From assembly GCA_041500865.1 (NCBI GenBank), contig JBGQMY010000001.1:18834-82833 (forward strand): DNA of 64,000 nucleotides, given 5' to 3'. This document shows, one piece after another, positions 48,580 to 56,905 of the stretch. How positions within the stretch are numbered: position 1 is the stretch's first letter; each line of letters opens with the position of its first letter. The stretch comes from Candidatus Micrarchaeia archaeon (GTDB taxonomy: Archaea; Micrarchaeota; Micrarchaeia; Anstonellales; J096). A program made the translations under genes and the position numbers. The notes under the pieces were generated by a model, which ran no database searches, had not been told where the DNA came from, and was given only the letters and a program-made list of their open reading frames with translations.

Positions 48580-48751
48580 AGAGGCTCGCCTTCTTTGACA
48601 GCTTCAAGGGGTGCATTTCAGCGAAGGCACATGCCAAACGATAGTTTCTAAGCAAGGCAGCGCTTGGAGCGCTCCGACGCAGGTATAACCCGCAAAATAG
48701 GGATAAGTTTAAAAATGCTATCCTGCATATAATGTGTCAAGGTGTTGAAAT

Positions 48752-49288
48752 ATGGCAGGACCATGCGAAAAAGCAGCTACTGAGTTGGTTAATGCTCTGT
48801 TCAAGGAGATGCCCGATGCATCCATAAAATCCTACATGGAAACGAAGCTCAACGAGAAATTCGTTGCGCAGTTCAAGTCCATGAAGGAGGATTTCCTCAT
48901 GGAGGTCGTCCCAAAGCTGAACGACGTACAGGAAGACATGAAAGCAATCATAGCCAAGAAGGGCAAGGAGAACGTGAACTACGGCGTCGCAATGCTCATG
49001 TATTATGCGGCAGCATGCAACGTCGGGAAGGACGAAATAAACAGCTTCCTTGTGTCATACGGCAAGGGCGGAAAGGAGCTGCTTGCGAAGTATCTCAGCG
49101 CTTCAGGAAATGCCGCTCTTATTGAGAAAAAGACTGTGTCTGCGATGGAAGTCGCGCTCAGCCTTGAGGAAGCAGTGTCTGAAACTACGTTCAGGGCCTT
49201 CAGCACCGAACTCTACAAATTCGCGGAAAAGGGCAAGAAGGGCGCTGAAACTGAAGGAACGGACGTGCTTTACCACAAAGTAGCGTGA
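48752..49288 (+). CDS. hypothetical helical protein, first gene of the AAA+/VWA operon
   Basis: 178 aa, no motif recognised. TTTAAAAA box at 48708..48715. Confidence 0.45.
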   Translation: MAGPCEKAATELVNALFKEMPDASIKSYMETKLNEKFVAQFKSMKEDFLMEVVPKLNDVQEDMKAIIAKKGKENVNYGVAMLMYYAAACNVGKDEINSFLVSYGKGGKELLAKYLSASGNAALIEKKTVSAMEVALSLEEAVSETTFRAFSTELYKFAEKGKKGAETEGTDVLYHKVA

Positions 49289-49294
49289 TAGCCT

Positions 49295-51925
49295 ATGCCA
49301 CAGGCGACCGTGCAGAGGTTCCCCTCGCTAGAGGAGGGCAAAAAAACCAAGCTGCACGGCGCACTTTCTTCTAAAACCGGAAAGTACGGGGAAATGCTTA
49401 GGGTAATCCCACAGATAAGCACTTTTACGGTAAACAACACCATAAAGATGCACCCCGCGTTCACGTGCAACGCGATGTGCATGTTCCTGGACATGACCAT
49501 GGGCGAGAAGCAGCCCTTTGTCCCCTATCTTGTCGGAAACCCCGGGACGGGCAAGACGTTTGCGGCGGAGATGCTGCTTGACGTAGCCCTAACTAAGATG
49601 AAGGGCGTGTTCTCGTCCCAGGAAGGCACCGAAAAAGGCATCACTGAAACGCTTGCGAAATGCGTGGACAACGGCATGCTGGAGTCCGACTTCAGGCCCG
49701 AAAAATCCAAGGCATTCGTCAAATACTTCGGAAAATCAAACGTGCTTGCTGAAATCGCCTCTGCCATGGCCGACGCGTATGCTGCCTCGCCGCCTGCAAA
49801 GATGGGGCAGATAAAGAGCAGGTTCGAGGAGATGATGATATCGCTCAAGGCGATAGCCAACGCGTCCGGGAAATCAAGGGATGAAATCGCGAAGGAGCTT
49901 GACAAAAGCATAAGCACGGATGTTTACGTTTTGCCTTCGGCGTCCTCCGCAACCGACATAATATCCGAAGAGGCCTATGTCATAAGCTCGTCAGGCATAG
50001 AAAGGGTGGTGAAGCACCCGATAATAAGGATGCTCGCAGAGGCTTACGAGGGAAAGATAAGCACGCTGATAATAGACGAGGCAAGCGAGACGCTGAAGGA
50101 GAAGGCCGCGGCAAGGGTGAAGAACCTCCATCCGCTGATTGACGCGCAGGTCAACGGAAAAACGCTGCTGGTTTCCATAAACCCGGAAAACGTGGACGAG
50201 GAAGGCAGGGACATGCTTGCGCAGCTCGGGTCCGCAGTGGAAAAAAGGATGAAGGAAGGCGGACTATGGGCAGAGGACAACATGGACGACATGAAGGCGC
50301 TGTCAAAGGACATAGGCGCAGCGCTTGAAGGAAAGAGAATCCAGCTGTCCATACCGATGCCCAATACGTCATGCATCATCATGACAGGCAACGTGAGGCA
50401 GGAATACGAGCAGATAGGGCTTACAGGGGCGACTTGGAGAAGGATACAGCCCATAATGTTCTCGTACCTGCCGCCGGAGCACATGGGGAAGTTCCTCAAC
50501 GACCTTAAGGACAGGTACAAGCAGGAGCTAAGCGCCGCGATGGGAAGCGACTTCAATTCCATAGAGGCGGACATGGGCCAGAGGAGGGACGAGTTCGTGA
50601 GGAGGCTTGTTGACGTATACAGGAGCATGTACGACAGCTACGTGGCCGAGCCCGCTAAGTTCGCAAACAGGATGCTGCCTTCGCTCAGGAGCATGGCATA
50701 CGCGCTCAGGTCGTTTGAGAGCTACTACGCAATGTCAAGCATAATAAGGGAGTCCGATGACTTTGACAAGGTGGAGTGCGCGGAAATCTCGCTCAACCTG
50801 ACTTCGCATGGCGGCCAAAGGTTCGTGGAGATGAAGAAGGACAAAAAAGGCCTGAAGGGGGTTCTGCCGAGCCAGCAGAGGTACGGCGAATTCCTGCTGG
50901 CGTCAATGGAGCTCTCGACATACATACCGGTCGGCAGCTTCACCGAGACCAGCGAGAGCAGGAGCGGCGAAAGCGAGATGACGCTCAGGTCAAAGGCAAG
51001 GGAGATATTCGCGGCAAGGGGCCTCAAGGGAGGCAGCACGCAGGAAAGGATGATATCCATAAGGCTCGGAAAAAAGGAATATGTGTATTCGGAGCCGAAC
51101 TACATGTACGTGATGTACGGGCTTGCAAACTCCCTGTCAAGGCAGAGGCTGATGCTGCTTGTCGGGGAAAGCCAGGAGGGAAAGACGACGACTGTTGATT
51201 TCACGCAGGCGTTCCTCAGGGAAAACGGGAAGAGCTTCGGTTTCGACGAAGTGAAATACGTCGGCATAGACGACATAGAGGAGTTCACGCTAAGGACCCC
51301 GAACATAAAAAGGAGGGAACAGGGGACTGAAAGGGCCGTGAAGAAATCCCTGCTCAGGGAAACGGTGGAAGACGCCAACGCAAACCCCGAAACGACGTTC
51401 ATAGTCCGCGTGGACGAAGTAGACAATTTAAGGTTCTCGCAGGAGCTCAATGCGCTGTTCACCAGGGACAGGATAACGATGGGCGGCAAGGCATACAACA
51501 TAGGGAACATCGTAATCATGGGAACGTCCAACATATCCCGGATTATGCTGGACAACTTCGTGAGCAGGGGCGGCATACCCCTTGTCTTCACCGGGTCAAC
51601 GTCAAAGGTTGAATATCCCGGCCAGAACTTCGACATAAGGAACATCTACCTCATGCATGCCGCTATGGAAAGGTCTCTCGGCAGCGCCGGAAAGGCCAAT
51701 GAGATAATGGGGCACCTGCTGAGCGACGCGAACACGGTTGACCAGATATCAAGGATAGACTTTTATGAGATAGCGAAGACGCAGGGCAAGCTTGCATCCA
51801 AGTACATGGCTGCAGTTGAGAAAGGGATGCCGGCAGAGGACTACGTCGGCGCTGTCTCCGCATACATAAGGTCCATCACCCAAACCGACACTGAGCGGGA
51901 GCAGGTGAAGAGGGGGGCGGTCTGA
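49295..51925 (+). CDS. tandem MoxR-type AAA+ ATPase with two AAA+ modules in one polypeptide
   Basis: Module 1: Walker A GNPGTGKT (aa 81-88), Walker B TLIIDEAS (about aa 257), sensor-1 SINPENVDEEG. Module 2: Walker A GESQEGKT (aa 624-631), Walker B FIVRVDEVDN (about aa 703), sensor-1 IMGTSN...LDNF. The NPxxxEG and LD(R/N)F pattern is typical of the MoxR class. Confidence 0.75.
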   Translation: MPQATVQRFPSLEEGKKTKLHGALSSKTGKYGEMLRVIPQISTFTVNNTIKMHPAFTCNAMCMFLDMTMGEKQPFVPYLVGNPGTGKTFAAEMLLDVALTKMKGVFSSQEGTEKGITETLAKCVDNGMLESDFRPEKSKAFVKYFGKSNVLAEIASAMADAYAASPPAKMGQIKSRFEEMMISLKAIANASGKSRDEIAKELDKSISTDVYVLPSASSATDIISEEAYVISSSGIERVVKHPIIRMLAEAYEGKISTLIIDEASETLKEKAAARVKNLHPLIDAQVNGKTLLVSINPENVDEEGRDMLAQLGSAVEKRMKEGGLWAEDNMDDMKALSKDIGAALEGKRIQLSIPMPNTSCIIMTGNVRQEYEQIGLTGATWRRIQPIMFSYLPPEHMGKFLNDLKDRYKQELSAAMGSDFNSIEADMGQRRDEFVRRLVDVYRSMYDSYVAEPAKFANRMLPSLRSMAYALRSFESYYAMSSIIRESDDFDKVECAEISLNLTSHGGQRFVEMKKDKKGLKGVLPSQQRYGEFLLASMELSTYIPVGSFTETSESRSGESEMTLRSKAREIFAARGLKGGSTQERMISIRLGKKEYVYSEPNYMYVMYGLANSLSRQRLMLLVGESQEGKTTTVDFTQAFLRENGKSFGFDEVKYVGIDDIEEFTLRTPNIKRREQGTERAVKKSLLRETVEDANANPETTFIVRVDEVDNLRFSQELNALFTRDRITMGGKAYNIGNIVIMGTSNISRIMLDNFVSRGGIPLVFTGSTSKVEYPGQNFDIRNIYLMHAAMERSLGSAGKANEIMGHLLSDANTVDQISRIDFYEIAKTQGKLASKYMAAVEKGMPAEDYVGAVSAYIRSITQTDTEREQVKRGAV

Positions 51926-52300
51926 ATGGCAAAAATGATTACTGCGGCCGAGGCAAGGCAGGTTATCATGACGCTGGAAGGCGCGGAAAGGTTCGCGCCG
52001 GCCTGGATAGCGTCCGGCTCAAGGAAGAACGTTTCCGGCTTCAGGGACGCATACCAGTTCCTGGCAAAAAGGTTCGCAAAATACCTGGAAGGCAGGTTCG
52101 GCGCGGAAAAGATGGAAAAGGAGGCGTTCTCCCGCCTTTTCACCAAATTCCTCATGCCATTCTGCTCGCCTGAGTTCATGGAAGGGCATGAAAAAAGCCA
52201 GTACAAGGCATGGAAGGCCATTGAAAGGATGCTTGACAGCTGCATGGACGGCATGGACCTGGCCTACGCCATAGGGAACGGCGAGTTCGTGGCGGCTTAG
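51926..52300 (+). CDS. small hypothetical protein between the AAA+ and VWA genes
   Basis: 124 aa, helical. Its start abuts the stop of the AAA+ gene. Confidence 0.45.
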   Translation: MAKMITAAEARQVIMTLEGAERFAPAWIASGSRKNVSGFRDAYQFLAKRFAKYLEGRFGAEKMEKEAFSRLFTKFLMPFCSPEFMEGHEKSQYKAWKAIERMLDSCMDGMDLAYAIGNGEFVAA

Positions 52301-52313
52301 GAGGCGGCTGACC

Positions 52314-55300
52314 ATGGCCCAATCCGCTTTTGACGTGATGAAAGAGGAGCCTACGCAGCGGAAGGGCGGCCCTCGCGAAAGAAAAAGGCTAATGGAATCC
52401 TCAGGCCTTGGCACGGCGGGGATGGAAAAGGGTGTAAGGCTTTTCACCGACTATGGGGCATTCACGGATTTTGCTTCAAGATTCAATGGGGACGTGGTGA
52501 CGGCATACGAGGCCGCGAAGCAGGGCACGGTCGAGGAGGCAGGCAGGATAGCCGAAGACCTGTTTCCGACAAAGGGCAACAGGGCCACGTTCGGGAAAGC
52601 GGTGCGGAAATTCTGCGACGACTCGTTCTCAATGCTGTTCGCGATGGTGCTCATGGAAGGCCAGCTGGACAGGAATTACACGGCCCACGTGGAATCCGCG
52701 CTTTCCCAAAGGGCGAAGAACCTGATGAGCTTCATAAGGGATTTTGAGGACATGAAGAGCCCGGAAAGGATGAGGGAAAGGGTGATTTCAACTATTGGGA
52801 CATTCAAGGACGAGTTTCCCTTTGCATTGATGCAGCAGCTTGACAAGTTCGAGGCAGGGGTAAGGAAAGGGGCTTATGACGACATGCTTGCGCAGATATC
52901 AAAGGCCTACATGGAGACCAGGATGGGGGAGCAAAAGGGGTTTGAGGCGTACTTTTTCATAAATTACAGGGAAAACGCGTTCTTTGACATCATAACGCTT
53001 GCGATGGAGAACTCCGCCATGGGCATGATAAAGAAGGACGACATGCTGGCCATGTTCAGGCGCGAAAGCCCTGAGCAGGTATTCCTGTTTCCCTCGCTTT
53101 TCGTCCCCATATACGGGGCGGACGAGTTCATGAGGCTCAGAGCCGGCAAGGTCGTAGCGGACATTCCGATAGACGACGGCCTGAGAGCCGTGCTCTCGGA
53201 GCAGGAGATGTGGAAGGACATCCCGATAAGGCCGGCAGAGCAGGTAATACCGCCGCTGGGCAACGTCGCGCAGCTCATAAGGGATATGCCGTCCGCTAAC
53301 GTGGACGCGGTCAGCAGGGCAGAGGCCAACACGCTGCCGCCGCAGGAGATGAAAAGCTTCATATTCAGGAGGATGGCCGAAAGGAAGATATCGCCAGTGC
53401 TTGACGTGGTCCCGTCAGGGTGCTCCATAGGCGAAAGGGACAGGATAAGGGCCAATGCCTCCACGAGGACCGTGCAGTACGGCGTAAACGACACCTTCCC
53501 GGAAATGGACATGGGAATCGGCATAAGCATCATGTTCCACCACCTTTCCGACAGGATGAAATTCGTAAACAGGATGGAAAACGCCCTTGGCTACACTGAC
53601 GGCGCAGGCATATACCTGTTCCCGTATTACTCAAGGATGCCGACAAGGGACCTCAATGCGTACCTGCTGTTCAACGTGGGCAGGCACGAGTGGGGCCACA
53701 TATCCATGGGCTCCTTTGAGTACACTGCCGGAAATGTGCCGAAGATAGACCTTTTCGCTCCGCTTGAAAGGGACGCCTCGTATGCCAAAAGGTATGAAGA
53801 AAAGGGAAAGGAGAACATAGCGCAGCTGCAGGAATTCATCAATGGGATCATGCGCTCAGTGGACGCTGAGCTCAGCAAAAGGGAGAACGGCAAGGCAACG
53901 CTCAGGGAGATATACAAGACGATAGACGGCACAATCAAGTCGCACTACAAAAAAGAGGAGCACAGCAAAAACCCCTACATCAAGAGGTTCTACGAGTATT
54001 TCGGGACAGAGCTGTACAGGCACATAGACAACGTGATAGACGACTACAGGATAGACAGGTCGTTCTATGACGGCAAGGGAAGGGACGAGATACTGTATGA
54101 GATGGGCGTGGCTGAAACGGACAAGCTGAGGAAGATTTACAGGGTTTCAACGTATCTCAGGGCCATGAACAGGGCGGTATCTATGCATGAGCAGTTCAAG
54201 GAGGAGCCAAACAAGTCAAATGCCGTGGACACGCTTTTCCTGAGGACGATACTTGATGAAAAGTCTTTCAGCGAACTGGTTGGCCCAAGCGTGGACCCGC
54301 TGTTCAGGGACATTTGCGAGATAGCGATGTCAGAGGTGTACAAGGGGGCGGATACGCCAAGAAGGGTGAACGAGGTCATGTGCGCGTCAATGGAATTCAT
54401 GGCGCTTGCGATGATTTTTGACGACGCCATAAAGCCGCCAAAGGTCGTAAGGCAGAAAAAGAAAGGTGAAGGCGGCGAGAAAGGTGGCGAAAAGGGGGAG
54501 AAGGGCGAGGGAGAACAGCAGGGCGGCACGCCAAAAGAGGACCTTGACAAGGAAAAGGGGGAGAAAGAAAAGGGCGGCAAGGGGGATAAGAAAGGGGACA
54601 AAGGAGATGAAGACGAAGGCCAGGGGGACAGCCTTATTGACAAAGACCAGGACGGAAACGTCAACATCAACAAGGATGACAAGAAGGTAGAAGGAAGGGA
54701 AAAGGAAGTTGAGAATTTAAATGCAGCGGAGAAGCACGGGTACGAGACAATTGAGGTCCGGGCTGAAAAGGTGGAGATGTTCAAGCAGTTCTTCCGCGAC
54801 CTGAGGATAGACAGGATGGTCATCATAACGGAACTCGGCAAGAGGGGCGCAAGGGTTGACGTTGACGAGCTTGTGAAATTCATGTACAGGAAAGGCGCAA
54901 GGGAAGCGACGTTTTTGGAAAAGAAGGTCATGGAAACCGACGTCGGAAGCCACCTGGAGGCAAGGCCCATAGACATATACATAGGCGTTGACACGAGCGG
55001 CAGCATGACCGGCGATTCCGGAAGGATGAAAAACTCCAAGAGGATATCGCTTGAGATGCTTGCAGGCTACAACGAGGTTGCGGCCGAGATGAGGTCCGCC
55101 AACATAAGGCTGCACCTGATATCCGTTGCCACGGAAGGCGACCATATCGCCATAAGGGACTGGGACGCCACAAAGGGCCTGATGGTGGAGAAGAAAGGCG
55201 ACTTCTACTCTATTTCATACAAGTTCAGCGAGATAAACGGGGCCACGGACCTGCCGGCCATGATAACCCAGTTCCAGTCGTTCGTTGAGGAAATAAAGAA

Positions 55301-55691
55301 GAACACGATAGGCGAGATAATCAGGGGCAGGAATGCGCTGAACCCTTCAGTGATGATAATGTACATAACGGATTTCGGGGACAACGCCGGTGACCTGGAA
55401 GGCGTAGTTTCGGCCACAAGGCAATTCGGGACGTTTGCCAGAAAATACAGGGCAGATTCCAAGACTGTCAATTACATCTCCAACGACGCGGGCATAGCCA
55501 CGCTGTTCGTTGTCCCGGACGAGCACAGCGACAGCGACGACATAATGGGCGCGGTTGAAAGGGCGACAAGCGGGGCCGTTGTCAAGTTCACCGGCGAGAA
55601 CGAGAGGGACGTTCTTGACAAGATGAACGCGCTCAGGCCCGTCCTTGAGGGGCTCAGGGCAAGCAACGTGGCTGAGAAGGCTGAAAAGTGA
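52314..55691 (+). CDS. large VWA-domain protein with MIDAS motif, HExxH motif and K/E/G-rich low-complexity linker
   Basis: HEWGH at aa 458-462 (nt 53685..53699). K/E/G-rich linker at about aa 716-800. C-terminal VWA domain with MIDAS motif DTSGS at aa 893-897 (nt 54990..55004). This is the AAA+ partner architecture seen in CobT, ChlD and NorD. Confidence 0.75.
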   Translation: MAQSAFDVMKEEPTQRKGGPRERKRLMESSGLGTAGMEKGVRLFTDYGAFTDFASRFNGDVVTAYEAAKQGTVEEAGRIAEDLFPTKGNRATFGKAVRKFCDDSFSMLFAMVLMEGQLDRNYTAHVESALSQRAKNLMSFIRDFEDMKSPERMRERVISTIGTFKDEFPFALMQQLDKFEAGVRKGAYDDMLAQISKAYMETRMGEQKGFEAYFFINYRENAFFDIITLAMENSAMGMIKKDDMLAMFRRESPEQVFLFPSLFVPIYGADEFMRLRAGKVVADIPIDDGLRAVLSEQEMWKDIPIRPAEQVIPPLGNVAQLIRDMPSANVDAVSRAEANTLPPQEMKSFIFRRMAERKISPVLDVVPSGCSIGERDRIRANASTRTVQYGVNDTFPEMDMGIGISIMFHHLSDRMKFVNRMENALGYTDGAGIYLFPYYSRMPTRDLNAYLLFNVGRHEWGHISMGSFEYTAGNVPKIDLFAPLERDASYAKRYEEKGKENIAQLQEFINGIMRSVDAELSKRENGKATLREIYKTIDGTIKSHYKKEEHSKNPYIKRFYEYFGTELYRHIDNVIDDYRIDRSFYDGKGRDEILYEMGVAETDKLRKIYRVSTYLRAMNRAVSMHEQFKEEPNKSNAVDTLFLRTILDEKSFSELVGPSVDPLFRDICEIAMSEVYKGADTPRRVNEVMCASMEFMALAMIFDDAIKPPKVVRQKKKGEGGEKGGEKGEKGEGEQQGGTPKEDLDKEKGEKEKGGKGDKKGDKGDEDEGQGDSLIDKDQDGNVNINKDDKKVEGREKEVENLNAAEKHGYETIEVRAEKVEMFKQFFRDLRIDRMVIITELGKRGARVDVDELVKFMYRKGAREATFLEKKVMETDVGSHLEARPIDIYIGVDTSGSMTGDSGRMKNSKRISLEMLAGYNEVAAEMRSANIRLHLISVATEGDHIAIRDWDATKGLMVEKKGDFYSISYKFSEINGATDLPAMITQFQSFVEEIKKNTIGEIIRGRNALNPSVMIMYITDFGDNAGDLEGVVSATRQFGTFARKYRADSKTVNYISNDAGIATLFVVPDEHSDSDDIMGAVERATSGAVVKFTGENERDVLDKMNALRPVLEGLRASNVAEKAEK

Positions 55692-56284
55692 TGGCAACCA
55701 GGATACGGCAAGCCAACCAAGGGGGCGGCGGGACAGAGACTGTATTAAATCTTGCGAAGCCTGAGCCAGATAAAAATCCAAATGCTTTTGCATCCAAGCC
55801 GGATACAGACAAAGAGGCGCTTTCGGCAGAGAATATGGATATTCTTACCGACGCGCTTATTTTTGAGATACGGCATGGCGGCATAAAAAACGTAAATTAC
55901 AGGCTTAGTGAAGGAGCCGACCCGAACAGGACAGACAAGGAAGGCATCTTGCCGATGGCAGCGGCAGTTTGCGTAAATAAAATCAATGTATGCAGGCTGT
56001 TGCTGAAAAAAGGGGCGGATGTAGATGGCAAGGACAGGCGCGGCTGGACTGCGCTCATGTATGCCGCCTGGGCCAACAACGCGATGATGTGCAGGTTTTT
56101 GCTGGGCCATGGGGCAGACGCCCTGATAATGGACAAAGAGAAAAATTCAACATACGGCCTGCCGAATGAAAAGGAAACGAAGGCACTGTTGAAGATGTTT
56201 GCATGGAAAAGCAAGGCCCTGAAAAGCCTGCTCAGTGGCAGGATTGGGGCGTTCAAGGAGCATTTTGGGCTCTGCGTTTCTTGA
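55691..56284 (+). CDS. ankyrin-repeat protein translationally coupled to the VWA gene, ending in FKEHFGLCVS
   Basis: TGATG overlap with the VWA stop. The track ORF begins with GTG at 55688. Confidence 0.75.
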   Translation: MATRIRQANQGGGGTETVLNLAKPEPDKNPNAFASKPDTDKEALSAENMDILTDALIFEIRHGGIKNVNYRLSEGADPNRTDKEGILPMAAAVCVNKINVCRLLLKKGADVDGKDRRGWTALMYAAWANNAMMCRFLLGHGADALIMDKEKNSTYGLPNEKETKALLKMFAWKSKALKSLLSGRIGAFKEHFGLCVS

Positions 56285-56414
56285 TAATCTGTATTCTAAG
56301 TAAGAAAATCCTTCCGTCTAAGCGGAAACTACAGCAACATTTATAAAACCTATCATGACATCATCATGATTGTATCGTGACTTCGTCAAGGCGAAATCAT
56401 GACACGGTGTAAGC

Positions 56415-56867
56415 ATGGAAGAAAGGGAATTTAAAGGTTCGCCCGATTGGGAGAACGACATAGAGAAGGAAGCCAAGAAAACGCTCACAAGGCTCAGAGA
56501 GGACCCAGTGATGCTCGGAGTTCTCATGTCCAAGATTCTGGAGGAACGGGAAAACACCAATAGGCTGCTAAAGAACCTGCTTCAAAGGATAGAGCAGCTT
56601 GAATCCAGGACCGTCAAGAACAGCGAGGTACAAGAGATTCGCGAAGCGATGCTGCCGGAAATCGACGAGCAGATTGTGGGATACATAAGGGAGAAGGGAA
56701 AGGCGAGCGCGGAGGACGTACGGGTTAGATTCAATTATAAAGGCACCAATGCGGCCTCCGCGCGGCTGAACAGGCTTTATAGCATCGGCATAGTAGACAA
56801 GAAACAGGCGGGCAAAAGGGTTTATTTCTTTTTGCCGTCATGGCAAGGCGACCAACCCCCCGGTTAG
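56415..56867 (+). CDS. winged-helix DNA-binding protein
   Basis: C-terminal winged-helix pattern (IVGYIREKGKASAEDVRVRFNY...RLNRLYSIGIV). TCATGA repeats lie upstream. Confidence 0.5.
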   Translation: MEEREFKGSPDWENDIEKEAKKTLTRLREDPVMLGVLMSKILEERENTNRLLKNLLQRIEQLESRTVKNSEVQEIREAMLPEIDEQIVGYIREKGKASAEDVRVRFNYKGTNAASARLNRLYSIGIVDKKQAGKRVYFFLPSWQGDQPPG

Positions 56868-56905
56868 TCCCCGCACTATACAGGCCATATACACCCCAAG
56901 AGAAA

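Noticed and set aside
54137-55039. 300-aa minus-strand ORF rich in Ser, Pro and Leu
   Set aside because: It is antisense to the K/E/G-rich linker and VWA region of the 1125-aa gene. Its composition is an artefact of the low-complexity GAR-rich sense strand. It has no start context or motifs.
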